Assembly: GCA_963575745.1 (NCBI GenBank)
Contig: CAUYUJ010000110.1
Coordinates: forward strand, 1 to 64,000
DNA: 64,000 bases
Direction: 5' to 3'
Source: Prorocentrum cordatum
Taxonomy: Eukaryota
The notes beneath the pieces were generated by a model. It was not told where the DNA came from. It did not search any database and worked only from the letters and a program-made list of their open reading frames with translations. Positions 31,970 to 44,900 of this stretch are shown piece after piece. The translations under genes were made by a program, and so were the position numbers. Each line of letters begins with the position of its first letter. Positions within the stretch are counted from its first letter, which is position 1.

Positions 31970-32410
31970 CTCCTCAGCTGGCTCCTGCTGGCTCGCCAGA
32001 CTTCGCGCCACCACCTGCGGGCTCCCGCGCCGACCCCTCCCTGGAGAGGGACGCCTCTGCGGCCCAGAGAAGGCGAAGCGCAAAGCATGGACCTTCGAGC
32101 CCCGTCCGGGCGACCCGGTTCTGGGGAAGCCCGCTCCCCGAAGACGACGCCAGGACTGGGACAAAATCGGATCAAGACGGATCGGGGATCTGGCGGTGCT
32201 GGAGGATGTCTCGGGCGCCGCGGCCAGTCCAGAGCGCTCCAGAACGAGCTGAGGGCATTCTGGAACGCTCTGGAGCGATGTGTCCTGGTCCTAGGCGGCC
32301 CTGTGGAAGGCGCGGGTCAGGAGACAGCCTCCTGGGAGGTCTTCGCAGTCACGACTGAAATCTACCAAGCCCGACTGTAAGGCCTCTTTTTTTTGGTAAG
32401 TATAATAATG

Positions 32411-32441
<31 letters not shown>

Positions 32442-34517
32442 TATATATATATATATAAGAGGAAGAAGAATAACCACAAAAAAAAACTGCTCGCCGCGGT
32501 GGGGCGTGATAGGAAAAGCCCCCCTGCTGTCTGGTTAAGCGCCTGTTTTGTGGTTTCTGGGGCTGGCCCATTCCCACCCCGCCCGCGCGCTCAGAAAATC
32601 GCCTTCTACCCAAAAGCAGCCGAAAACAGCCAAAACGAACGAACACAATCCACACAGCCACAGGAACACCCTAAGACGGCCAAAACAGCCGACACCGCCT
32701 CAAGCCAGCCAAGTTCGCCCCAAGACGGCCCAAAAGGCCTCCCAGGCGGTTCCCCAGGCCTCTTCTCTTTCTCGCCTCCTCGCAATCCTCCTCTCTGTGG
32801 TAGTGGAGCTGTTGCAGATCCTGGGGAACTCCTCCTCCTCCTCCTCCTCCTCCTCCTCCTCCTCCTCCTCCTCCTCCTCCCACCTATGGTAGTGGTGGTG
32901 GTGGGAAATCGGCCCATCAAGTTAACCTCATGTCTACTGCGTTGCTGCGGCAGTGGCACGGTGGCGTAGTTGGCCGCAGGCAACTGACATAAATCCAATT
33001 AAGCCGGATCGAGCCGGACTGAGCGGAATGAAGCGGGCCTGGGCCCGATCAGGTCGGTGTTCGACCACGCCAATACCAGCGCCGATGCTGAACCTAACCC
33101 CCCAGGATTTCCACCCTATCGTTGGGTGCATTTGGAACTCTAAGGGGGCGAGCCGCTCCACGCAAGCTTGGACGCCCGAAATGTGTACGGAAAAAATAGA
33201 CACAATGCCAAACAACATATGCTGTCCAAAACCAACAGCGGCCGCTGTGGGGCAGGCGGCCTCCTGTCTCAAACGGACACCGTCCGCGGCGACACCGACA
33301 GCAAGCCATGTTCAGAATGAACAGCAACTGCTGTTGGGCTTTGTACCCACTCTTTCCGCACCTCCCACTCGTCCTCCTCCTCCTCCTCCTCCTCCTCCTC
33401 CTCCTCCTCCTCCTCCTCCTCCTCCTCGGGCCTCCTCCTCCTCCGACGCCCCGTACTCTCCCCCGTACTCCTAGGGGGGTGCCCCTGCCTCCTCGGAGCC
33501 CCGCCCGGCTCGCCGTCGTGCCCATCTCTGCTCGCTGGCGGCTGCCCCGCCCTTGACGGCGCGCAGAGGGGGTAGGGCAAGGGGGGAGGGCTTTTCAGAA
33601 GCACCCCTGCCTTTCTGTTGGAGGGCGCGGGCTTTCTCTGCAGATGTAAGGGCGCCTTCTAAGGAGCAGCCTCCTTCTGAAAGGCCTCCCCCCTCCCCCC
33701 CTACCTCGGCGGTGGACAAACCTCCCTCCCTTTAGTACACCTCCCCTTAGTGAAAACGGCCTGGGACCGAAACCGACGGACCTGGACCCGCAAAAATGGC
33801 GGCCGCGACGCCCTCTGGCGAACCAAAAACGGCCAATTCCTTCATCGACGTGTCAGGGTAGGAGCTCTGTCCACCCCCGAGGCGCCTTCTAAGGAGCAGC
33901 CTCCCTCTAAGAGGCCTCCCCCCCTCCCCCTCTACCCCCCTCCTGCGCGCCGGCGGCTGCCCCGCCCCCCGGGGGCACACCCCCGGGAGGCGGCACCACA
34001 TCGCTACGAGGGCGCACGGCACGGCGAGGCGCGCAGGCCGTCAGGCCGCCAGGTGGCCGGCGACCCCGCGTGGTCCTGGCCGTGCGACAGCGCCTCGGAG
34101 GAGGAAGAAAAAACCCGAGAAAGTATCACGACGGGAAATTTTTCGCTATCGTCGGCCACTGGGGACCCTCTCCCCGGGCATGGGGACCGACAGAACGAGA
34201 TTCGGGGTGCAAAGCCGACCCCGGGGAAAGGGTCCAGACATCCGGGGGTCGACGTTGCGGAAAAAAACACGACGTCGCGCGACGTCGGGGGCCCGGGACA
34301 TGCCCATAATCTCTGCCCTTCCCTCGCTCTCCCCTTCGTGGGGGCCTCCTGGGAAGCCCTCGCCGCCACCGCCAAATCCGCCTCGGAATCCTAGTCAGAA
34401 GACACCCCTGGAGAGGTCCAGAAAGGAGCGGTGTCGGTACCTCTTGGTTTGTTTCCCCACGTCCTTGCTGTGCGCCTGCAGACGCCAGGAGGTCAGCAGC
34501 TTCCGCGACGACACCAC
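31970..34517 (-). CDS. Candidate exons 34476-34517, 33039-33093 and 31970-32014 of an unknown protein
   Basis: Unique-sequence islands bounded by AG|G junctions; more than one frame is open, so the frame is ambiguous. Confidence 0.4.
33706..33880 (+). mobile_element. ~175-bp MITE family; copies at ~13176-13305 (partial), 43617-43787, 44764-44934 (inverted) and 49332-49660 (interrupted)
   Basis: TIR tcggcggtggaca / tgtccacccccga; shared core ttagtgaaaacggcctgggaccga...ccgacggacctggacccgcaa. Confidence 0.9.
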
Positions 34518-34636
34518 CTGGCAGCTCTGTTTTCATCGAGGTCGCATGACGTGCGCGTTGTGTTCCTTTGCCCGGTCGTGAGCAGGCATCGCGCGGGCGG
34601 CAGCAGTGTTGGCTAAATTGCACGAGTAGCTTCCTG

Positions 34637-35145
34637 GCAAGTCACTCACAGACGAGGCTTCCGCCTGACACATCCGCCACATTCAGGCCTCAGGGGGCCC
34701 AAAAATGACGACAGATACAAGGTCCCGATGAGCCGCTCGAATTAAAAAGCATGAGCAGCGGACCCCGTAGGGAGAGGGGGCTCCCGCCTGAGACTACCTC
34801 GCAATTCACTCACAGACGAGGCTCTCGCCAGATACTTCCTCCATATCCAAGCCTCAGGGGGCCCAAAAATGACGACGGTTACAAGATTCCGATGACCAGC
34901 TCGGATTAAAAGCATGAGCGGCGGGCCCCATAGGGAGGGGGTTCCTGTCTGAGACTTCCTCGCAAGTCACTCACAGACGAGGCTCTCGCCAGATACCCCC
35001 CCCATATCCAGGCCTCAGGGGGCCCAAAAATTACGACTGTTACAAGATCCCGATGACCCGCTCGGATTAAAAGCATGAGCGGCGGGCCCCATAGGGAGGG
35101 GGCTCCCGCCTGAGACCTCCTCGCAAGTCACTCACAGACGAGGCT
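34637..35145 (+). repeat. ~162-bp tandem repeat, 3 copies plus the start of a fourth
   Basis: gcaa(g/t)tcactcacagacgaggct at 34637, 34801, 34962 and 35123. Confidence 0.95.
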
Positions 35146-35168
35146 TTGTTGACGATGGTGTTGTGATA

Positions 35169-35277
<109 letters not shown>

Positions 35278-36986
35278 GTGATGAGTAGTAGCTGTGAGTG
35301 AGTGAGTGGGTTGGAGAATGAGAGTGCGTGCGAGCATGTAAGTGATGATGATGCGGTGATGATGATGTTGATGAGAGTATATGAGTGTGTGAACGACAAA
35401 GGAGGGGGGGTCCTCTTCCTGCGCGGGGGGTGTCCAGAGAAAACAAGAACCCCACTTTGGATGTGGGGAACACGTCGTCACCAGAACATGGCTTCACCAT
35501 TCTTGAATCTTCCTCTCACGCTGGATCGGGAAATGTGAAGAAGGAGGGAAGAGGCGGCAACGGCCTGCGGGCAGAGCCTGTCCCGACGCTGGATGGGGCT
35601 CGGCTCGAGACGCCTCCCCTCGCTGCACCGCAAGGCTCTCTCGCCCGGTCCTTCCGTCAATCGGTACCCGCAGCAAGTTGGCGCCAGTTCTGCTGACCGC
35701 ATCACAGCCAGCGTCCGTGGGGGGGCTCGGACCCAGCGTTGACGTGGGGTGCGCGGCAGTGCGAGCGGTACCGAGATTGCACCGAGCACACTGCGGCGCC
35801 CACCAGGGAACCCAGACCCCGACGCCGTGATTTTTCCACAACGTCGACCCCAAAGGTCCAGACCCTTCCCCGGGACCGGTTTTTCATCCTGAATCGTTTT
35901 TGACGGACCCGGGGCCTGGTAGGGGCCCCCAGAGGCCGAAAATTGTGAAAAAAACTCCCGTCGTGATTGTTTCACAACGCGAGGGGGTCTGGAAGGGGGG
36001 TCAGGGAGATGAGGATCAGAAGGGAGTCCCGAGAAGGCGGAGGACAGAAGAAAAATAAGAGGAGGGAATGGACGAACAGGGCAAAAGGGAGCCAGGACTT
36101 CCTTTGAACCGACGCACCAGATCCTGGAAGAGACCTCCGTAGCTCCTATTGTTAGTGCTGCGCGTATAAGGCCTCAATCTATCGGGGCTCAAAGGACGGG
36201 GGCCAATGCAAACGAGATCCGTCAAAGCGCCGAATATCGCAGGATCCTGCAGGGCCAGGGGCGCACTGACCCGGGCTTGGGTGCAGGATCCTGCAGGATC
36301 CTGCAGGATCTTGCAGGGTCCTGCAGAGCCTGACCGACCCTGGGCTGGATTGACCCGAGTCAGCAGATCCTCGATTGTATGTACGCTGCGGAAGCCCAGC
36401 GCAAGCAGGGTCTCTGACGTGGCTGTCACACTGGACGGCGAGGAGAAGACGAGGCATGCGCTTACCCCCACTCATGCCAGGGTAAGGAAGCGGGCAAGCT
36501 GGTTGGCTTTCCCCCTCTTCATCACCGGGGATCCACCATGCCGTTTGAGGAGGGGGCCCAGGGGGAGAAGGGGGTGGTGAGCTCCTCGACGCACCTTCCG
36601 GGCCCTCGGCCTCCAAATCCACCCTCCGATGCCTCCGATAAACCAAGATGCCCCACAAGAAGGTCCCAGAAGAGCTTCTATACGGCCAAGGGGTCCCAGA
36701 TGGCTTCTATAACAAAACGCCTTACAGTGGAGGCCAATCCACAAGAAACCTTCCACAAGAAACCCAACCCTGAGACCCGGGGAAGTCCCTTGACTTTCGG
36801 TGTGGGAACCTCACGCTTTCCATGGCAAGACCATCGAAACCCAAGAAGCCCAGGGCACCCCGGAGGCAAGCAGGGTGTTTCTTGGCAGGGGTCTCCACCG
36901 TAGAAGACTACAGCCACCCCACCAGACAGCCCGCGGCGTTCTGCCACCACCACCCGACGTGCCAGGATCACGGAGGCTGACCTGTC

Positions 36987-37180
36987 TCGGGAGCGGCCAA
37001 GAGGGGGGTGTCCAAGAGGGGGGGGTGCAAATCATGACCGGCGGCATGCGCGCGGCCCAGCGGGTGGGCCAGGGGCGTAATAAAATAAGAAGAGGCGCCA
37101 TGAGATCTGGGGAAATATCATGGCCCCCGCCATGATATCCACCTCCCCCTAGTCATCACCCCCCTCTTGGCCGCCCCCGA
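36987..37180 (+). mobile_element. MITE with 5-bp TSD (ctgtc); second copy at 41285-41461
   Basis: TIR tcgggagcggccaagagggggg / ccccctcttggccgcccccga. Confidence 0.85.
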
Positions 37181-37786
37181 CTGTCCGTCGCCAAGTCGTG
37201 AGGAGCAGGGCGCCGGGCACGAGCGGGCGGCTCGTCGCGGACCTCGCCCGCGAGCTGCGCTCCCCCTTCCGGCGCGGCGCACGGCCTCCGGCCGCCGCAC
37301 CACAGAAGGAGCGACAGCGGCAGCGGGGCCGCGCGCGAGAGAGCGAGCGGCCAATGCTCTGCTCGCGGCCCTCGCGCGCGGCCCCTTGAGGCGCTCGTTC
37401 TGGGGGCCTTCTTGGAGCCAGTCGCTCCGCTCGTGCGCCGAGGCTGCGGCGACCGTCCGTCGCACCCGAGTCGAGCCTGAGTCGAACCTGAGTCGAGCTT
37501 GAGTCGAACTCGAGCCGACCTGGAATCGGCCTGGAGTCGAGCTGGAGCCGAACAGCCCCACCAGGTGTGCCCCAGGAAGGTCCCCACAACGAGCATCGGA
37601 GCCCCTGGTTTTGAGCAGGGACCGACCGTCCCGGCATTCCTATAGTCCTACCACGAAATGTTCCTAGAACCCCAAAATGTTCCAGGAACAAAAACAATAT
37701 TCTTAGAACACAAACCCGATGTGTTCAAACAAGACTGACTCCGCCAGAAATGTTCTAAGAACATTTCGTGGACACCACAAAAGGTT

Positions 37787-37885
37787 CTAAGTCTGGTGGA
37801 GCAATAGGCGAGCCAGGACGCTTCGCCACTGCTTGATGGTGTCTGCCCTCGCTGGGCCGTCGGAGGCCGGCCGGCGCGCGAGCGC
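37787..37885 (-). CDS. Candidate terminal exon of the TPR gene (ALARRPASDGPARADTIKQWRSVLARLLLHQT*)
   Basis: CAG|G acceptor, phase 0, open to a TAG at 37787-37789. Confidence 0.35.
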   Translation of the reverse strand, partial: ALARRPASDGPARADTIKQWRSVLARLLLHQT

Positions 37886-38549
37886 CTGCGGAGCGCCCGC
37901 GGGGACCGCGCGCCACCGCGCCGATGCCCGCGCGGCGCCACCACGGGTGCGCGCTGTTGCGGGAGGGGCTCGGAGAGGCGGCTCCTGGGAGCCTTGGCGT
38001 CGGAACGCCCGAGGGCGAGGAAGCCTGAGGTCCTGGCGCTGTGACTTCTTCACAGCGGGCGCTCTCGCACCCCGCGTCGGGCTCTCGCCGGAGCGCCGAG
38101 CGCAGTCGTGCTGCAAGTGTGCAAGAGATGCACGGCTCAAGGGCGGTTCCTCTTCAAAACGTGGCTCGCGCCGCAGCGCCGCGCACACGGATTTTTGTTC
38201 CTTAAGCTTTGCCGGAGCTTCACAGATGGAAGGCGGTGCCTTTTGAGAATGTGGCTCTCGGCTCAGCGCCGCGCAGTCGTTGTTGTAAATTGCAAGAGCT
38301 TCACTGGTTCTCATGGTCACACGCCTCCCCCTAACGTGTCAAATCCCTAAGCTAACCCGACACAGGCCGTGTCGACACTGCTCCAAAGCTAACCTGACCC
38401 ATTCAAGTTAACGTGGCCAACGGCTCGGCGACACCAGTGTGTCACGCGCGCTGTAGCAAATGATGAACCAGAATGGGGCGACACAGCAACATGCAATGCA
38501 AAAGTGCCAACTGTGTCACTAATCCCTCTGCGCGTCCAATGAAGAATCT

Positions 38550-39790
38550 GGCCGACGCTGAAGCGAGAGCAACTTTCGCAATCATGGATGTGACCAGCGC
38601 TGATGCGAGAGCAACATTCTCAATCATGGATGTGGCCAGCGCTGAGGCGAGAGTAACTTTCGCAATCGTGGGTGTGGCCAACGCTGAGGCGAACGCAACA
38701 ATTGCAATCATGGATGTGGCGGGCGCCAAGGCGAGAGTAACTTTCGCAATCGTGGGTGCGGCCGGCGCTGACACGAGAGCAACTTTCGCAATCGCGGATG
38801 TGGCTGGCGCCGAGGCGACAGCAACACTCGTAATCATGAATGTGGCCGACGTTGAGGCGAGAGCAACGTTCTCAATCACGGATGTGGCTGGCACTGAGGC
38901 GACAGCAGCCGTCGTAGTCGTAGATGTGGCTAACGCTGAGGCGAGAGTGACGTTCGCAATAACGAATGTGGCCAGCACCGAGGCGAGGGCAACGTTCGCA
39001 ATCATTGACGTGGCCGGCGCTGATACAAAAGTAAGTCGCAATCATGGATGTGGCCTGCGCTCCTTGAAGGCAACATTCGCAACCATAGATATGGCCTTGG
39101 GTCAGGCCAGCACAAAGTCGATATAATGGATGTGGCCAATGGTGAAGCGAGAGCATCCGTCGCAATCGTGGGCGAGGTGTCCCGCTGCACACGCGCACTG
39201 GCTCTAGCACAATCAGTAGCATCACTGAGACGAACAGCACCAGCAACAGCAGCGCCATACGCAGAAGCAGCAAAACCATCGCCAACAGCAGCAGAAATAG
39301 TAGTGCAAGACACACAAGCGACACCAGCAGTACCTGTGTGACCAGCACGACAGCAAACAGCAGCAACAGCCACAGCACCACAGCAAGAACGACATGCTCA
39401 ATGAAGGATGTCGCCAGAGCCGAGGCAACAACAACATGTTCAATCAGACATGCGGCTTACGCCAAGGCGAGAACGACATGCTGAATGAAGGATGTCGCCG
39501 GCGCCGAGGCGATAGCCACAGTTTCAATCCAAGACCTGGCCAGCGCCAAGGCGAGAACGATATGCTCAATAAAAGACGTCGCCAGCGCCTAGACGACAGC
39601 AACATTTTCAATAAGACATGTGGAAGGCGCCAAGGCGAGAACGACGTTCTCAATGAAGAACGTCGCTGGCGCCTAAGCGACAGCAGCGTTTTCAATCAGA
39701 GATGTGGCCCACGCCCAGGCGGGAACAACACGGTCAACGAAGGATATCGCTGGCACTTAGGCGGCAACAACATTTTTAATCAGAGATATG
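38550..39790 (+). repeat. Two related 42-bp minisatellite arrays (~38550-39170 and ~39385-39790) separated by a CAG-rich spacer
   Basis: 14-codon periodicity: AEARATFAIMDVAS in array 1 and MLNEGCRQSRGNNN in array 2. Confidence 0.9.
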
Positions 39791-40978
39791 GTCCATACAC
39801 AAGCCGGAGCATCATTCCGAAACAAGCGTGTCGCCAGAATGCAGTTGTCACGCCCATTCCACCTAGGCCGAGCTCGGTGTCATCGAGGTCTTGGTTACGT
39901 CAGGTGAGCAGTCCACGTTAGGGGGAGGGGTACGAACCAGAAACGGTGTCTTGGAAAGATTCAGGACTGTCAGGGCGCAACAATTACGTAGATTCGCGGT
40001 GTTGGACTCCCAGGAATGACGTTCTGGCACGATTCAGGATCGTCAAGACGCAACAATCAGGTTGACTCGTGGCGTTGACGTCCTGAGAATGGTGTTATGG
40101 TCCGCTTCAGGATTTTCACACAATTGTACCCCAACGGGGCACTTCCCTGTAGAAGTGAATCCTTGTAGGCGCCTGTGAAGAGGGAGCTTGGCGGGAGGGT
40201 GTATTCCAACATCGTTGAGAAGTCTTGGGTTCACACTGGTCCTCCTCCTCCTCCCTCCTCCTCCTCCCTCCTCCTCCTCCTCCCTCCTCCTCCCTCCTCC
40301 TCCTCTCCTTCTTCTACTTCTTCTACTTCTTCCTCCTCCTCCCCTCCTCCTCCTCCTCCTCCTCCTCCTCTTCTTTTTCGCTTTCTTCTTATTGTTATTA
40401 TTTGTCCTCCTCCTCATCCTCCTCCTCCTCTTCATCCTCCTCCTCCTCCTCCGGCCACCCCACCACGACGACCAGGCGGAGATTCACCAGGGCCGCCGCC
40501 CGCCCACGGACGGTTCGCGAATATACAAACATGATCTCGTCCTTCCGAACACATTATAGGGCACGTCTAGGTTATGGACAAATCGTTCGAAGACCTGAGA
40601 CCTGAGACATCCTCCCACCCTCACAAACACAACCCGCGCTCCGAGTGCACGCTCACGAGCGCGCGGAGGAAGGGGGGGCAAGAGAGGGCGCGGGCAGGAG
40701 GGGCGGGAGGAGGGAAACATGGAGGGAAAGAAAGCGAGGACCATGACCAAGACTGAACGCGGAAATGTCGGTGCCGATCTTGGTCATCGCCCATCTTGGC
40801 CATCGCCAGCTCGTGGACCACCCTCGGGCATTGGCGACGGCGGGCGTGGACCATGCCAAAGATCGGCGCCAGCAGGAACCCGCGGCATCCTGGTCATGGC
40901 CATCACGCCCCTGCCCTTGACGAGAGGCGGGGCAGGCAGCACCCGAAGGAGCAGAGCGGGGAGAGGCCGAGACCCTTC

Positions 40979-41008
40979 CTGCTGGACTCCGCGCCGACAA
41001 CATCGTGC
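40979..41008 (-). CDS. Candidate downstream exon of the TPR gene (ARCCRRGVQQ)
   Basis: GAG|G and CAG|GA junctions; 30 bp, phase 0-0; no motif support. Confidence 0.4.
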
Positions 41009-41284
41009 CTCGGGCGGCCCTTCGGGGCGACGCGGGCATCCCCGGAACGCTATCGACGAGGCGCAGCTGCTGGAAAGCGCCCCGGGGCGAGAAACTCCCC
41101 GAGAGTCTGCGAAAACGCCCGAAGGCCGAGCCGAACTGGACCGACGGAGCGCAACCGACAGAGGGCTGTGTCGGGTGCTGCCGGAAGTACCCCTGGCTCC
41201 AGGCGTCCCCAGCCTTCTGCGCCATTTTGGGGCTCCAAGGCCTCGCGAGGGGTGCTCTAGAAACCATCTGGACCTCCCAGGAAA

Positions 41285-41461
41285 TCGGGGGCGGCCAAGA
41301 GGGGAGCCTCCAAGAGGGGGGGGCGCAAATCATGGCCGGCGGCATGTGCGCGGCCCAGGGGGGGGGGCGGGGACGTAAGGAAATCAGAAGAGGCGCCATG
41401 AAATCTGGGGAGGTGTCACTGCCCCCGCCATGAGATCCGCCCCCCTCCTGACCGCCCCCGA
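41285..41461 (+). mobile_element. MITE of the same family as 36987, with a 13-bp flanking duplication
   Basis: acctcccaggaaa (41272-41284) and gcctcccaggaaa (41462-41474) flank tcgggggcgg...ccgcccccga. Confidence 0.85.
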
Positions 41462-41580
41462 GCCTCCCAGGAAATCATGGGGGGGGAAACCGTGGGCCCA
41501 GGACACCTTTCCTGGTAACACCCGAGACGGGGGCGGCGCGACGACGGCGACCGCGAGGCACGGCGATCGCGCGGCGAGGC

Positions 41581-41618
41581 CTGGTGGCTCTCCGCGCCGT
41601 AGGCCACCAGGAAGACGC
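41581..41618 (-). CDS. TPR gene exon (GVFLVAYGAESHQ)
   Basis: CAG|G acceptor and CAG|GC donor; 38 bp, phase 1-0; the YG falls exactly in the 42-aa register. Confidence 0.8.
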
Positions 41619-41747
41619 CTGCCCGAAGCCCAAGGCCGCAGGGGGGCTTCAAGGATGGGGCCCTGAGGGAGGGGCTCCTCCTCGTCCTCCTCCTCCTCCT
41701 CCTCCTCCTCCTCCTCCTCCTCCTCCTCCTCCTCCTCCTCCCTCCTC

Positions 41748-41935
41748 GCCCTCCTCCCTCATTCGTCTGCCAAAACCAACACCCGTCCGCTGTGCAGGTC
41801 CATGGCCCACTGCTCAGGCGACAACAGCCTCAACGATAGCTTCGGACGTAGGAAACGCATGCACGTAATGCAGTGTGCATCCTGATACTGGTTCCTCCTC
41901 CTGCCCCCCCTTCTCCTTCACCGCCATCATCCTCA
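41748..41935 (+). repeat. ~190-bp near-identical dispersed duplicate of ~50804-50985
   Basis: ctcattcgtctgccaaaaccaacacccgtccgctgtgcaggtccatggcccactgctcaggcgacaacagcctcaacgatagc is present at both loci. Confidence 0.95.
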
Positions 41936-44900
41936 GTATCCTCATCATCAGCATCATCAGCATCAGCATCATCATCAGCAGCATCAGCATCCACCATCAG
42001 CATCATCCTGATCGTCATCAGCCTTCTCCTCTCATTATCATTCGTATGATTAGTACTATTGTCGGTAGTAAGCTTCTAAGTATTATTCTTATTGGTATTA
42101 TGATGATCATTATCATTGTGATTCGCATGCTCTTCTTGGTAGTAGTGTGTCGTCTTCGTCGTGCGAGTATGCTCATTGCTATTGGAAGTAGTATTAGTAT
42201 GATTCGTCTGGTTCGTCTGAATAGTATCTGACTCGTCCTATCATTGTTGATAAAAGTGTTAATACTATTATTCGTGTTCGTAGTCGTGCTCTTCTTATTC
42301 GTCGCAGTAGTATGTTCCGTACTGTTAGATTGCTCGTGACTACCTGTACTTCTCAGTATTGCAAGTGTTCGGTTTACTATTGTTCACGTTCCTCATGCTG
42401 TTGGTATGACTATTTGTCTTCTTCGCATTGTCCGCATTAGTGTGCGTCTTATGTTTTGTAATACTATTAACTTGCGTATTCGTCGTCTTCTTATGATACG
42501 GATTATTATTCGTGCTCGTACGATTATTCGGATTAGTATTAGTATGGTTCGGCGTCTTGATCTCCACCGTCTGCTTCTTCGTAGTCTTCACACGAGTTAG
42601 TGGTAGTAGTTGTGTTCGAATTCGTCTTATTAGTATTAGCATTAATGATAATATCAGTCGTGTGTGGATTCGTAGTGGCCTTATTCTTAATCGTCGTCTT
42701 AATACTATTCGGAATCATCTTCTGCTTATGTTTAATATTAGAATTCGTAACACTCGTATTATGATGAGTATGCTTATTATTACTATTCCTCCTCCTCCCC
42801 CTCCTCCTCCTCGTCCCCCTCCTCCTCCTCCTCCCCCTCCTCCTCCTCCTCCCCCTCCCCCTCCCCCTCCTCCTCCTCCTCCTCCTCCTCCTCCTCCTCC
42901 TCCTACTCCTCTCCTCCTCATCCTCATCCTTTTCCTCCTCCTACCCCTCCTCCTCCTCCTCCTCCTCTCCTCCTCCTGCGTGAGGACAGAAATGATCAAC
43001 GAACAACACACACTCAAACCTATAGGGAGGAGGATCGGGGAATGGAAAGGCGATGAACGCGGTGTAGGTACGGGTGCAAGTTGTCGGACCCCGAGGGAGG
43101 TCCCCTTCGACCCCCGTCCGACGTCACGGAGCCATACCCCCCCCCCAGAATCCCACCTCGGTAACTCTAAGGGACGTATAGGTATGGGTGTCAGCTGTCA
43201 GCTCGTGAGGGAAAGGGATCCCAAGCTGACCCTTCACTGCTAGAGGCCGCTCGTCCTTGGGGCCCTGCCCCTCAGGGCCTCATCTTTGGAGCGCCAAGCA
43301 GGGGAGGTACCGCACGAAGGCGCCAACTGTCCACCCCGCACCGCGCCAGTCTGAGACGAAGCCAGGATGAAGATATATTCGGACGGGGATACGCCTGGAT
43401 TCCGCGCAGGTCTCCCGCGCCAGGCGAGCACAGCAAAGGGGGGGTCGGGAGGCCGACCCCCCGCGGGCGCCGGCAGAGGTCGCCTGCCCCCACCGAGAGG
43501 ATCGCGGGGGGCAGGCGCTGGCCCAGAGATTACGCAGAAGGGCTCGGCGCCCAGAAATGATGTAGAAGGGCACAGGCAGTAATCAACGAGCAAGTGAAAC
43601 CGCAAGATACATACAGTCGGCGGTGGACAAACCTCCCTTTAGCAAATCTCCCCTTAGTGAAAACGACCGAGGGCCGATATCGACGGACCTGGACCCGCAA
43701 AAATGACGGCCGCGACGCCCTCTCGCGAACCGAAAACGGCCAATTCCTTAATCGACGTGTCAGGGTAGGAGATCTGTCCACCTCCGATGCAAAAAAAGGG
43801 CCTGAAGCAACCCAGAGCCTGTGACCCCTGGCGGCTACAGCAGGGATAGGGCCTGTCAGCGGGAGGGCACAGGCAGGGACGGTCGTGGCCGCCAGCGCAG
43901 GACGAGCCCTGTGCTGACCACCAACCTTCCGTCTCTTGCTAGGCTGAAACGCGGGCCCAAACCTGTCGGGGATATGGAGGTCAGCGATAGCTTGATCTAT
44001 ATCCGTCGAGGCAACGTCTCTGATCGATACAAGCGCTCGAAGCTGACCTGCGGGCGAACCTGGCGCGCTACCCCGTCACTGGACGGGCTCCTGGACCCCC
44101 GAAGGCCAGGGGAAAAAGGCGCGACCAGTCCGTCGGGCTCGAGAGGCTCAAGGCGAGGTCTCACCGATCGAACGAAGTCGGAGGAGGAGGAGGAGCAGCA
44201 GCAGCAGGAGCAGGAGGAGCAGCAGGAGCAGCAGGAGCAGCAGGAGCAGGAGGGGGAGGGGAGGGGGGGAGGAGGAGGAGGAGGAGGAGGAGGAGGAGGA
44301 GGAGGAGGAGGAGGAGGAGGAGGAGGAGGAGGAGGAGGAGGGGGAGGGGGAGGAGCAGGAGAGCAGGAGGAGCAGGAGGGAGGGCCCCACGGGCGGCGGC
44401 CACGCCCGCGCATCCCCGAGAGGCAGCTAGGCGACGACACGGGGAGCGGCGAGGCCCGGGCCCGCCGACAATGGCGCGCCGACAGTGGCGTGCGGCCCGA
44501 GGCCTCCCGGATGGCCCCGTCGGTGCCCCCCAGCCGGTGCCAACGATAACCTCGGAGGTGGATAGGGAGGAGGACCAACAGGGAGGATGACCCTCGACCG
44601 CGGGCCCCCAGGGGCCCCCCACGCGCAGCACGCCGCCGCGCCACGCTGCCGCCCCAGATCCCCCCTCTTCCCTCGTCCTTTTTATGTCTTTCTGAGGTAA
44701 AATGGTCTCACCTTCTTTCTCCTTCCCCCGACTGTCTGCGGGACCTAGGTCCCACATCTTTTTTCGGGGGTGGACAGACCTCCTACCCTGACACGTCGAT
44801 TAAGGAGTTGGCCGTTGTCGGTTCGCGAGAGGGCGTCGCGGCCGTCGTTCTTGCGGGTCCAGGTCCGTCGGTCTCGGCCCCAGGCCGTTTTCACGAAAGG

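Noticed and set aside
41221..41239. gccattttggggctccaag as a relic of the dinoflagellate spliced leader
   Set aside because: It needs three inserted bases, lacks the 5' ccgta, lies on the strand opposite the genes and abuts a MITE. A similar partial match at ~53735 lies inside a dispersed repeat.
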